64,000 bases of DNA, from contig OZ024743.1 of NCBI GenBank assembly GCA_964016885.1, positions 293,446,001-293,510,000 on the forward strand, given 5' to 3'. A program made the translations under genes and the position numbers. Position 1 is the first letter of the stretch; each line of letters begins with the position of its first letter. Origin of the DNA: Eledone cirrhosa. Taxonomy: Eukaryota. Below, one piece after another: positions 1 through 13,131 of this stretch. The notes below the pieces were generated by a model, which was not told the DNA's origin, did no database searches, and was given only the letters and a program-made list of their open reading frames with translations.

Positions 1-608
1 AAATGGTAATTGTATTCATTTGGAATATTTTGACCTTTCTTCTTGGGTTTTTGGGGTAGTGTGTTTGTAGGTGTGAGAGTATTATGTATTTGTATGGGTG
101 TGTTTGTGCATGTGTGAGTGTATGTATGTGTGGATATGTGGGTGTGAGAATATATATGTATTTGTATGAGTGTGTTTGTGAAAGTGTGTGTGTTTCTGTG
201 TGTGTTGTATATGCACTCGTGAGTAGTGTGCATGTAATGTGCTGTATAAGGTGTTTTGATGTGTGAGTTCGTTAATTTGTATATGTCTCCATCTGTGTGT
301 CTGTGTGTATGGAAGTATATTTATATAAGATAGATTACATTGGATCATGCCTATATATGTGAATGTGTCTCTGTATAATGTCAGTGTTAGTATATATATT
401 TCTGTGTGTGTGTGTTTTGATGTTATGGTGAGTTTGGTGTTTGTATATATGTGCATTTGTGCATGCTTATCATTGTGTGTGTCTGTGTGGAGATATTGTA
501 TGTGGTAATGGAATTTGACTGTGTGAACTGTAGGTGTGCGTGGTAGTATATGGTGACAACAGTGGTGATGAAGATGATGGTGGTGATTGTTATGATATTA
601 ATAATAAT

Positions 609-793
609 AGTTTCTAAATTTGGCACAAGGCCAGCAATTACACCAGTGCATTACTGGTGCTTTATTTTATCGATCCCGTAAGGATGATAGGCAAAGTCAC
701 CCTTGGTGGGATTTGAAATCGGAACGTCAAGGGCCATAACTCTATGCTGCAAAGCTTGGTGCCTCATGCTCTACCGATACTGCCAGTCCACCA
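609..793 (-). mobile_element. SINE family B (tRNA-like head plus Meta-like central domain)
   Basis: Family consensus has A box TGGCAGTATCGG, B box GAGTTCAAATCC, GCCTTTCATCCTTACGGGGTCGATAAAATAAAGTACCAG and an (ATT)n tail; this copy is diverged. Confidence 0.85.
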
Positions 794-867
794 ATATTAA
801 TAATAATGATAATAATGATGATGGTATGCTGGTGGTGATGATGATGCTGATATTAATAATAATAAAG

Positions 868-1219
868 ATGGAGGATAAAAAGCTTAGTGGTTAGAGCATT
901 GGCCTTCCAATCGAAAGGTTGTGAGTTCAATTCTCAAACCGGGTGATGTGTTGTTTCCTTGAGCAAGACACTTTATTTCACATTACTCCAGTTTACGCAG
1001 CTGTTGAAATGAGATGATAGGGACTGGGGTCCCTATCATTCCACTGTAAAGTGGTCGTGGTGGTGCCACGGCAAAAAAGCACCCATCACTCACTGTCAAT
1101 GAGGTTGGTGTTAGGAAGGGCACCCAGCTGTAGAAATCAAGCCAGAATCAGTTCCCGTCCCACCCTTGCAAGCAGGGAAAAGTGGACATAAAATGATGAT
1201 GATGATGAATGATGATGAT
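868..1219 (+). mobile_element. tRNA-derived SINE family A with RTE-like tail
   Basis: A box AGCTTAGTGG, B box GAGTTCAATTC, central CCTTGAGCAAGACACTT, 3' GGTTGGTGTTAGGAAGGGCA.CCAGC and (GAT)n. Confidence 0.9.
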
Positions 1220-1517
1220 TGTAATGGATGATATTATATAAGCATATAGTTTATATCAGACAGTAAACATACACACACCTATATATATTTGTTGGTATTG
1301 CAGTATATATACGTGCATGCATGTTTATTCATAGTGATTCACAGGTGTATATATATAATTTACATTGAATGTGTGTATGTGTCTATATATTTATACATAT
1401 AGATGTGTATGTGTATGTATGTGCATGTATATATGTAAACGTATGTGAATATATATTTATGTGTGTGTGTGTTTAAATGTATACATATGTGTCTATACAC
1501 ACACACACACACACACG

Positions 1518-1555
<38 letters not shown>

Positions 1556-2560
1556 CATACACGTGTGTATGAAATCTATGTGAAACATTTATAAATAACT
1601 GATGTAAATCAACCAATTTCTTCCTTCTCTATCAGAGAGGATTAAATTTTAATTTAGCCAGCTAGAAAACGTGTTTATGCCGTTTCCTTTAACATACAAG
1701 AGCTCTTATATTATACTTCACTGCAGGTGTATTCTTTTTGTATTGGGTGGGTGGGGTTTAGTGTCAGGTGAGTAAGTATGGTAGATGTAAGGTGTATATG
1801 TGTGTAAATTCATATGCTGTAGTTGTTTGCAGGTTTTTGCATATCATGATTTGCTGTTTTTTACATTTTATAAATAAATTTTTTATTATCATTTCAATTA
1901 TTTCTGGATATGATGTTTTGAGATTTTTTTAAAGAATTTTTTAATGGAAATGTGAGGTTGGACTATTCATGCTTTTATTAAATATATTATTTAATGTGCG
2001 TGGTAGAGCGAGTAATTTTGCTGAAAATTTAATCTCTACAATGGACTCTATATGTTAAGATGTTAACACTGAGCTGTAGTAGTAGTTGTTGTTGTTGTTA
2101 GTAGTCAGAGTTGTATTTGTAGCTATAATAGTAGTAGTATTAGTAGTAGTTTTTATCAAAGAACCATTTTGTTATGTTAAAATGCCATCTTAATGAAACA
2201 ATCATTTTACTAAATCCATCCAAATTCTCCATTGATTATTTAAAATACCAAGTATTTAATTAGAAATATGGCAATGAAACTGTTAATACAGTCTTTTCCA
2301 CTATTAGACATTTCAACTCACGACATTAATATTGGCGGCAAATTGCCAGTCATTTGAGTGCAGGAGAAAGTGTGGTATTTGTTTTGACTTTCTGTGCTCC
2401 GATTTCAAATCCTGCTGAGGTCATATTTTCATTTCAGGGTTAAAAGTCGCTGTCTAAGTCAGAACTGTCAGGGCATCAAATGAAATGCTTTGCGATATAT
2501 TCTTTGCATTCTGAGTTCAGATCCTATTGTAGCTTACATTGGTGAGAGATTAATCTGTTG

Positions 2561-3078
2561 CCTGGTTTAACACCACCAACACCTAGTTGGTGCTTTTAGC
2601 AGAAATGGGTAAAGACGCCCTTCAGTCACAAATGGGATTTGTATCTACAATGTTCCCCTCCAAGGCACAAGACCAGGCAATGTGTTGATGCGAAAGATCA
2701 GCAGTCACCCATACATACCAGTCTCCCCTCTCCACACCACCGATGTTGTCCACAGGAAAGGCAAAGGCCAATACAGCTTGGCACCACAGAGATCACAACT
2801 CATTTCTACAGCTGTGTGAACTGGAGTAATACAAAATAAAGTGTTTTGCCCGAACGCAATGCATCGCCTGATTCAGGTATAGAACTCACAACCTTACAAT
2901 TGTGAATCCAACATTCTAACCATTAAACCACGTGCCATTAGCAAGCCTGGTTTAACCCCACTACCTAGTTGTTAGGTGATTTTGGCAGGCTCAGTTTAAC
3001 AACACTACCTAGTTATTAGGTAACTTTAGCAGACCTAGATTAACAACACCGCCTAGTTGTTAGTTGTCTTTTGCAAGC
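2561..3078. repeat. About 43-bp minisatellite split by a SINE
   Basis: CCTGGTTTAAC..CACTACCTAGTTGTTAGGTG units at 2561, 2946, 2989 and 3034. Confidence 0.7.
2610..2937 (-). mobile_element. tRNA-derived SINE with family A-like head and a different 3' tail
   Basis: Minus strand GGCACGTGGTTTAATGGTTAGAATGTTGGATTCACAATTGTAAGGTTGTGAGTTCTA head; inserted in a minisatellite; related heads at about 13767, 16808, 38160, 38250 and 52535. Confidence 0.7.
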
Positions 3079-3773
3079 ATTCAAACTTATTCTTTGGTTT
3101 AAAGATATAACTTGCTCCCTAACTTTCCACCTGTCTCAGAAGCCAGGAAAAGGTTCACGAGTACTTCTTTTTCTCTCCCCCAACTAATCAGTAAAAGAAA
3201 GAAATATATAACAGTATATAACATATACTCTTGACTGACTTGAGATTTATGTGTAATCATTTTCCTAGTCACTATGGGAGCTTTCTGTTTCTTCCAAGTG
3301 GCAAGGTGACAAGAAACTGTAAAAACCTGTCCAACCCATACGAGCATAACAAAAAAGAAATTGACATAAAATGACTAATGTTGATTGTTGGTGATGGTGG
3401 CAGTGATGGTACTGGTGATGATGATGATGGAGATGATGGTTTATACCTCTTTTTTTTTCTCACACTCTCCCATAAAACATTCCAATGCTTTTATTCTCAC
3501 AAATGCATATAATACACACACATGCATACCACAAACAAGTAGACATATAGAAGGACACAGGTATAAGTACACACATGCATACCAAAGATGGGAGAGACAC
3601 AGATACATAAACCCCTTTACACAGACATACACCAAGAGTGACATGTCTTTACAAGCAGTAGAGATCACTCAGCTGTCAAGAGAATCATCCAAAAGACACA
3701 ACAGTTCAAATTCTCTTCCTTCCTGTCAGTCTATATACTTGTTTATTTGTGTATATTTATGTATATATGTACA

Positions 3774-3841
<68 letters not shown>

Positions 3842-3863
3842 TATATACATGTGTGTGTGTATG

Positions 3864-3899
<36 letters not shown>

Positions 3900-5099
3900 A
3901 ATATATGTATCTATGTGTGTGTGTGTGTGAATATATGTATCTATGTGTGTGTGTGTGGGTGAATATATGTATCTATGTGTGTGTGTATATATGTATATAT
4001 ATATATATATATGTGTGTGTATACGCACCTATATCCCAGACCAGCATGGAAACACGGATGTAAATTAATGATGATTATGTTGTTAGTATGCCTGTTTGGA
4101 ACTGGGATAACAAAATATAAAAAACAACTCCACAATTACATTATAGCACCAAACAAATATAGTAGAGTAGACATAAATTAAATACTCCTACAAACCTAGT
4201 TATTTTTATTTCCTAAGAATTGTCTGATAATTTAATATATATCATCATCATCATCATTGTTTAATGTCTATTTTCCATGCTAGCATCCATGTCGAAGGAC
4301 CATGTTCCCTCACACAGATTTTGGCTTGGTTTTTATGGCTGGATGTCCTTCCTAATGCCAACCATGTTTACAGTGTGTGTTGGGTGCTTTTTGGTCATGT
4401 CACACAATCACTTTAATATGTGTGTGTATGTATATGTGTGTGTGTGTATATGTGTGTGTGTATAATTGAGTGGCAGTAATTTATAATGGTGTTATGATCA
4501 TTCACAAACTTCTATTGCAAAACAACTGGTATTCATTGATATAAAATGATTTAGCTCACTCTACTTTACATATAGAGGTCATTTATCAGATAATTGTTTG
4601 CAGCTTGCGTAATATATACCAGTTATGTTTTACGACATATATAACATGATAGTTGTGAATAATGACATCAAGAAACTGAACCACACGAAGGAGATAAGAC
4701 ATAAATGAATTGACTTGTGATTTTTTGTACTACAAAATAATTGGAGACTACATGAAGTTGAAAGGGCTATTATATATTGAGAGAATGTTATGGCATTCTA
4801 GAAAACACCTGATACACTCTGTAATGTGGTTGGTGATATACCATATACATTAAAATATATGCCAAGGAATATGTGCCCAAAAAATCAATGGTAAAATGGT
4901 AGGGTTGACTTTGGTGTGATTTTTATCAACTTCAAATTTTATGTAAATAAGATGCTAAAATATCTGGAGTGATTATTTCACAATGAAACACTATTTTTCT
5001 ACATTTACTATATCGTTGTGAGTATTATTTATGCATTGCATCCACACAGATCAGTGCATACCTAAGTATGCGCCTAAACCTGACAAAATTAGTTTTCAA

Positions 5100-5552
5100 G
5101 GATTAAAGACAGACACTTTCCTCTTCGGCGAATCCCTGATTAACTTTTTCAAATTTCACTTGAAGAGGAAAATCAGGGTGGAGAGGCAAGTTTGTTGAAA
5201 GGTCGGTGAATGTTGCAAGAATGGTTTGAGTGAACGGGACCGCTCTGAATATACGCTTCTAGTTTGAGGAATGGGAAAAAATTGAGAGAGGGCGCTTGCT
5301 CTGGTGGTCAGGGTGGCTGTGGTCTTTTGTGTGGTTTTCTCCACGAGTAACCCTTGGAGGTTTCCCCCTATTCGGGAATTTTTCATTGTTTGAATTTTCA
5401 TTTTTAATATATATGTTTCTATGTCTTTTTTCTTTTTTGTTTCTTATATAAATAATAAAAATCTGTACACGCACAAAACCCACATTGTACCATCCTGTGC
5501 CGTCTGTAATGTTTTTATTGATGTCAGCCCTTGTGGCCAATAAAGAAATCAT
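5100..5552 (+). mobile_element. 3' fragment of another LINE (possibly L1/Tx1-like)
   Basis: Short coding-like tail (INFFKFHLKRKIRVERQV) followed by a 3' UTR ending AATAAAGAAATCATT that recurs at 8050-8192 and, degenerate, at about 10370-10465; clade is a guess. Confidence 0.45.
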
Positions 5553-5553
5553 T

Positions 5554-5748
5554 TGGATTGGCAGTATCGGTAGAGGGTCGGACGCCATGCTTTCCAGCAT
5601 AGTTACGTCCCTTTACGATCTGAGTTCAAATCCCGCCGAGGTTGACTTTGCCTTTCATCCTTACAGGGTCGATAAAATAAAGTACCAGTAATGCATTGGG
5701 TAATTGCTGGCCCTGTGCCTAAAGTAGAAACAATTATTATTATTATTA
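5554..5748 (+). mobile_element. SINE family B
   Basis: Full consensus with (ATT)n tail. Confidence 0.9.
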
Positions 5749-6173
5749 CTACTACTATTAATACCTTTAGTATTTTTATGTTTCAACATTTTACTTTTAT
5801 TAATATCATGTTCCATATATAGTAGCTGGAAATTATTTGGCTATTCCACAAAGAATATTAGTCTCCTGATATTTTCGTAGTAAGACTATGATTATTCCAT
5901 CACAAGAATTTGTTCTTCCCAGTCCATATAATGACATAATTCTCCTTGCAAACATCTGGCTCATCTCAAGAGAATATCCTTGCACACAGCAGTTATGTCT
6001 TCTTGTTCTCTAATGGATATATTTCATCATAATTTTTTAGAAATATTCACTTCTATATCTACAGATACATTTTTCCCATTTTGAGATGTTCCCTCCTCGG
6101 GTGAAAGCAGAAATTCATTGCTTAAACTTTTAATCTGTATTACTACTAATATATATATATATATATATAATAA

Positions 6174-6523
6174 TAATTGTTTCTTCTTTTGGCACAAGGC
6201 CAGCAATTATTCCAGTATATTACTGGTACTTTATTTTATTGACTCCGTAAGGATGAAAGGCAAAGTTAATCTCGACGGGATTTGAACTCATATATATATA
6301 TAATAATAATAATCTGTAGAAGAAGCATAAACGAAGTATAAATATAACATATCGGTAGAGGGTCGGACACCATGTTTTGCAGCACAGTTACGTCCCTTTA
6401 CGGACTGAGTTCAAACCCCACCGAGGTTAACTTTGCCTTTCGTCCTTACGGGGTCGATAAAATAAAGTACCAGTAATGCACTGGATAATTGCTGGCATTG
6501 TGCCATAAGTAGAAACAATTATT
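6174..6523. mobile_element. Two truncated SINE B copies in divergent orientation (6174-6290 minus, 6350-6523 plus)
   Basis: Consensus match on each strand. Confidence 0.85.
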
Positions 6524-7860
6524 AATTCACACGTGACACACATTTCACAATCAACCAGCTCAAGGTTTGATCGGTCATGATCGTGGCCCAACTCAGGAAT
6601 CAATAGCTAATATGGTTCGATGCCAGTGGGGGAGTTTAAATGAATAGCATAGTGAGGTGTACTACTGCAAGCAGACAAGCTGACAGTATGCTCCATTTAC
6701 ACACACACTCTCTCTTTCACACACTCTCTCTCACACACACACATACACTCTCTCTCTCTCACACACACACACTCAAATATACTCTCTCACATACATACAC
6801 ACATACAACAAGTCAGTGTTTAATCTCCAATCAAGTTGACATTCACCCAAACTTTGATATTTTATATCTGAATATAATAAACCACCATGGGAAAGCTTAG
6901 CTCTACTTCCGTGCCTCTATATGTGTGTGTATGTGTGTGTTTGATTGTAAATATGTTTCTTTTATGTATGTATGTATGTTAGTTATGTGTGTATGTTTGT
7001 ATATGTACATCTGTTGTGTATGTGTGTATGTTTGCTGGTAAATATGCCTTATGTATGTGTATGAATTATGTCTGTGTGTGTGTGTGGATGTCTACTTGTA
7101 TAGATATTGTGTGTGTGTATTTATATATATTCATATATACATATACACATACATACACATGCACATACATATAGTAATAACATACATTGGATGCATGCAT
7201 GAATGTATATCGAATGGGTTTGCATTTATTTAATAAATAACATATGCATGGATATGCGGATGTTTACACATTTACAATTTATTTTGGTTTTGTATGTGTG
7301 GCTCTATAAACACATTTGCTGTACACATGACTCCACATGTGCATGGATTTCATGTGTTGTGTGTTGCTGTATGCTTGTAGATGCACATCTTAATTGCATA
7401 AGTGACATGAGTAATGGAGATTTAATTCAATATTGAATCCAGGTTGTGAATTTTGGTTTCCCAGGAGTGTTTAAGGTGTATGCCATTGCACATATTACAG
7501 CAATAATATTACCAGTAATAATAATAGTAGTGATAATAATAATAATTGATGATGATAAACATAATTATTATTAACATTACAATATGGGTAATAATAATAA
7601 TAATTGTTTCTCATACACATTCACAAACATACACACTCTCTCTCCCTCACACACACAAGTCAGTGTTTAATGGGTAATAATAATAACAATAATGTTGATA
7701 AAAATAATTATTATTATCATTGCAATAATGGTAATAATGATATATTTTATTTGCCACAAATGTGACTGATGGAGGGATTAGAAGCATAGATTGCAATAAA
7801 AAAAAGACAAATGGTGGTGGGCGGCTTACAGAATCATTATCATTATTTTATGTTTCTATG

Positions 7861-8044
7861 GGCGGTGGATTGGCAGTATCGGTAGAGGGTCGGACGCCAA
7901 GCTTTCCAGCATAGTTACGTCACTTTTCGATCTGAGTTCAAATCCCGCCGAGGTTGACTTTGCCTTTCATCCTTACGGGGTCGATAAAATAAAGTACCAG
8001 TAATGCACTGAGTAATTGCTGGCCTTGTGCCTAAAGTAGAAACA
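7861..8044 (+). mobile_element. SINE family B with 19-bp TSD
   Basis: ATTATTTTATGTTTCTATG at 7842-7860 and 8045-8063. Confidence 0.92.
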
Positions 8045-8754
8045 ATTATTTTATGTTTCTATGTCTTTTTTTTTTCTTTTCTTATATAAATAAAAAAAAT
8101 ATTTACACGCAAAAAACCCACATCGTACTGTCCTGTGCCGTCTGTAATGTTTTTCTTGATGTCAGCCCTTGTGACCAATAAAGAAATCATTATTTTACAT
8201 ATCCTTCTTCATGCGATTATGGACCAAGTCAGTACGTTATCAGAGCTACTGTCTTCCTAGATAGCTCAGGTGCCTACTTCCCATGAAAATGTGTTCCATT
8301 TTGGTATGACTTCTACAGCTAAATACCCTTCTTAACATCAACCACTTGAAAGGGAAATGATAGTGATTCTCATGAGGGTTTCGGATTTATTGGATTTATC
8401 CTATATGCGACACCTGCAGTTTGACATAATTTTGTACATGTCACACAGATGTGTCAACTCACCCGTCTCTGATGGAGAAATCTGTCACCCACTTTAGGGT
8501 GGGTGAGAGATGTCTTCTCTTGTGAAAATGGGTATAGCTTACATTATGTAAAATCTTAACATTTTGCCTCATTTCTCCCGGGTTTCGGGCATTTTTTTTT
8601 CATGGTACTCCTCGCTTGAGATTTTAGAGGTTGGCAGGTCTGATGTCACTGAATAAGCTTGAAGGTCGGCTAAAAAGTCCATAGGCTAACGAAGATAGTC
8701 TTATAGTCCCTAGAAAGAAAAAGTGTAGTTATTAATAAGAAGAATTGAAATAAT

Positions 8755-8938
8755 TGTCTCTACGTTTTGGCACAAGGCCAGCAATTATCCAGTGCATTAC
8801 TGGTACTTTATTTTATCGACCCCGTAAGGATGAAAGGCAAAGTTAACCTCGGCGAGATTTGAACTCAGAATGGCAAGGGCCGTAACTCTATACGTCAAAG
8901 CATGGCGTCCGACCCTCTACCGATACTGCCTATCCACC
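8755..8938 (-). mobile_element. SINE family B with 18-bp TSD
   Basis: AAGAAGAATTGAAATAAT at 8737-8754 and 8939-8956. Confidence 0.92.
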
Positions 8939-9984
8939 AAGAAGAATTGAAATAATGAATACAAGATTTCACAGCTCTGACATCACTCCTTCATAGTCAT
9001 CCTATCCTCGTATATGCATAATAGTTTGCCTGTGTGTTGCCCAACCCTTGATAGCAGGGAAAATGGATGTTAAAGGATGATGACATGTTTTGTGGGGTGT
9101 GCAAGAATTAATGCATTCCTTCATCCAAGGAGTTTATCTTGCACTGTTAATTCCCCTTTGTTAGCATTGCCTCACCAGAATTTTCTAGAAATCCTATAGT
9201 ATTTGGTCTGATAGTCCTTTGGAAAAAAACTGCTGGGTGGTGGTATGTGGTGGTGGTGGTGATGCGTGGTGATCGTTTGTGGTAGTAGTGGTTTGTAGGA
9301 ATGTAGGGTGGTGGTGATGATGATGGTAACCCAAAACTGTGTTGTAGCAATGAATAAGATCAATCAACACTATATTGTTAAATTTAAATAAATAAAAAAT
9401 AATTACAACAAAAACATATCATGAACCATAACATTTTTGTACAGCCATATTTCTGTGACAAATGTTTATATGATGAATGCCTGTTGAAGGATTGAGTGTG
9501 TGTGTGTGTGTGTGTATAAGTGTTAGTGTTTGTGCTTGTGTGTGTGTGTGTGCATTGTGGTGTGTGTATGTGCAAAGGAAGGACAGAAAGGAAGAAAGAA
9601 AGAAGAGGAAACACTTCCACGAACAACAACAACAACAACAACATTGATGACAACAGATTACCTAAATTACTCTTTTGAGAAGAAAGAGAGTGAAAAATAC
9701 CAAAGGTTGTAGAACATCAATGGAAACTATAGAGAAAAATGTCAACATATTATTATGATTATTGTTGTTGTTACCATTGTTGTTGCTTTATTAATATTTT
9801 GGAATATCCATTGTATTTTAACTATTTTTACTGGAATTTCTATACTTCTCGTAGCATGTTGTTGTTGTATGTAGTTGTTTTATGCGGTTGTTTTTGTATC
9901 TAGTAGTTGTTGATTGTCCTTTTTGTTGTGTTAATATTATTCAATGTACCCACCCTCTCGTTTGTTGCCCTTGTAGTAAGTACA

Positions 9985-11492
9985 GAGGATTGTTAGGAGT
10001 CAACAAGATACTTTGTGGTGTTTGTTCCAACTCTTTACTTTCTGAGTTTAAATCTCATTGGGATCAACTTAACGTAATATATGAGACAAGAACTAGCATA
10101 GATATCGTTAAAATTGCTGGCCTTGTGCTTAAATTAGAAACCAAGGCAGTTGATTGGCTGAAATGTTAGAGCGTCAGACAAAATGCTTTGCAATATTTGT
10201 TCTGGATCTTTTACTTTCTGAGTTCAACTTTGCTTTTTATCCAATGTTCAATAAAATGTAGTACTACTCTCAAGTATTGGAGTTGATAACATCAACTTCT
10301 CTTTCCCTCAAACATTGCTGGCTTTGTGCCTAAATTAAAAGCCATTATTTTAGTCACTGTTATAAATTTTATTTTTACAAAAAAAACAAACAAAACACAC
10401 GCTATACTGTTCTGTGCTGTGTTAATATAAGCCCTGTGTAGCTAATAAAGAAGTCATCATCATTATTATCATTATGGATTGGCAGTATCGGTAGTGTGTC
10501 AGACACCATGTTTTGCAACATGAATTCCATGTTCAAATCTTATTATGGTCAATTTTGCCTTTCATTGATGATGGGCGGTAGGGTGATTAAATATCAAATA
10601 CTGTCATATAGTTGGGCCAATTTAACTATCACTCCTCTCCCCACTAATTAGTAGCCTTATGCTTAAATTAGAAAGCATTATTATTGGATTGGTAGACTCA
10701 TAGGGCAGTGGATTGGCAGTATCGGCAGAGGGTCGAATGCCATGCTTTGACGCATTGAGTTGCCATTCTGAATTCAAATCCTGCCGAGGTTAACTTTGCC
10801 TTTCATCCTTACGGGGTTGATAAAATAAAGTACCAGTAATACACTGGGGTAATAGCTGGCCTTGTGCCAAAAGTAGAAAGCATTATTATTGGATTGGTAG
10901 ACTCATTAGAAATTAGAATATTAGACAATATATCCCGCCGCTAAGGCTAACTTTGCTTTTCCTCCAACCCAGGTTAATAAAATAACATACCCATCAAGCA
11001 CTGGGGATGATGTAATCAACTTCCCTCTCTCTCTTGAATTGTTGGCCTCGTGTCTAAATAAGAAACCATTATTATTAAATGGCAGTATCGGTAGAGCATC
11101 AGACAACATGCTTTGCAGCATAGTTACAGTCCTTGAGTTCAAATCCCACTGATGTTAGCTTTGCCTTTCATCCTTATGGGGTTGTTAAGAGTATCAGTAA
11201 CAAACTGGGGTCAATTTAATCAATTTTTCCCTCCCACAAAATTGTTAATTTTGTGCTTAAATCAGAAACCATTGAATTGGCAATACCGGTAGAGCGTCGG
11301 ACACTTTGCTTTGTAGCACAGCGCTATGGCCCTTTACGTCCTGAGTTCAAATCCCATCGAGGTTAGCTTTTCCTTTCATCCTTATGGGGTCAATAAAATA
11401 AAGCACCAGTAATGCACTGGGGTCGATTTAATCGACATTCCCCTCCCTCCAAAGTGCTGGCCTTGTGCCTATTGTAGAAATCATTATTATTA
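9985..11492 (+). repeat. Head-to-tail cluster of about 7 SINE B copies of differing divergence
   Basis: Repeated ...GGCCTTGTGCC.AAA.TAGAAAC tails at about 10140, 10345, 10675, 10880, 11068, 11270 and 11480. Confidence 0.8.
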
Positions 11493-12342
11493 AATGTCCC
11501 CCATCTCTTCTTATATGTTGTCCATGTGGCAGATAAAGAAATTATTAATGCTTATGTTGTTAAGAATTTTGGTTTGGAGCCATATTTTTTCCCACTGCAC
11601 GACACCTTGTTTCTGTGGATGTGATCTTATATTTATAAGTAATAAAGATAACTATCTCTCCAAACAGACACATTCAGACTCTTGTGTGCCATAAGTGTGT
11701 CACGGTTTCAATTATAGAGTATGTTTAAATGCCACCTTTCTGCTTGCTCTCTCTCTTACCATATATATACACACACACATATTTCTTTCTCCTACACACA
11801 CACACATTCACAAGCATTCACACATACAGGGGCAATAACATACATACAAGCACACTGGCACACATACATGCACACACAGACACACACATGCACACACAGA
11901 CACACACACATGTACACAGTGACAGACATCTTGTTTGGTATAATTTGATTTTTTTTTTGACGGATTTTTTACATCTAGTGACGTATTTTAAAGGACACAC
12001 AGGAACATACTTATAGTCATACATATACATACTCACACACATTCACACATGCATACTCATTCTCCCATATGCTCACCCAGATGCATATATCACTCATATT
12101 CACAGACTGGCAAGACACTTTCTTTTACACTCAAGTATGTATACACACACACACACACACACGTATATGCATTTATATATGTAACACATTCATACACACA
12201 ACTTACAAGCATAGATAGATACTTGAATATTTTTTTCATATGTACTGTTCATTAATACTTGCCTTACATCTTAATTCAATGATGTTATTTCATTCACATA
12301 TCATCATCATCTCAAATATCTTTTCCCAAATTGACATATCCA

Positions 12343-12411
<69 letters not shown>

Positions 12412-12415
<4 letters not shown>

Positions 12416-12525
12416 GAAAATGCAACTGTAGTCTTTTTTTTTTTTAAATATATTTATTTGGTTCTTTTACCGGTTTCGCAGTTCTTCTGTTTTTCAAAAG
12501 TAGAATTGAGATGGAGGGTTTGTGG
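12412..12525 (-). repeat. Partial copy of the 44423-44748 HHR element
   Basis: TTTACCGGTTTCGCAGTTCTTCTG.TTTTCAAAAGTAGA.TTGAGATGGA shared; stem II closing pair is mismatched here. Confidence 0.7.
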
Positions 12526-12951
12526 TATATAATCATCATCGTTTTTACATCCATTTTGCCATGCTTGCATGGGTTGATATATGTGTGTCTATATGTATAA
12601 TATGATAGCAATATAACATCCTTCCACTCCATAATACATATTCCTTCTTCATTATTTCATTTTTGATATACATTCACCTCAAATCCTATGTAACTCTTTC
12701 TTTCCAACTTCCCAACTTTATTTCTTTTATTAAAAAAAAACCCCAAAAAGCAATCATAGAGTCATAGAAAATTAATGACCGGCTGTAATGCTTCCCCCTC
12801 AAATGAAAAAAATGAAGTCAATGAAGGCTTTTAAGTAGACACTTGACCTGCTAAAAATACTACATGATGTCCCTCAAACCACACCTTATAGTCTTCAAAA
12901 TATCTGACAAATTGAATATTGTCGTCATCATCCTCATCATTATTTTACATT

Positions 12952-13131
12952 TTGGCAGTATCGGTAGAGGGTTGGGCGCCATGCTTTCTAGCATAGTTAC
13001 ATCCCTTTATGGTCTGAGTTCAAATCCCATCAAGGTTAGCTTTGCCTTTCATCCTTACGGGGATCGATAAAATAAAGTATCAGTAATGTACTGAGTAATT
13101 TCTGGCCTTGTGCCAAAAGTAGAAACAATTA
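12952..13131 (+). mobile_element. SINE family B
   Basis: Consensus match; ATTATTTTACA on both flanks. Confidence 0.88.

Noticed and set aside
875-945. tRNA gene
   Set aside because: A and B boxes continue into SINE body and tail, with no proper acceptor stem; the same applies to the other SINE heads
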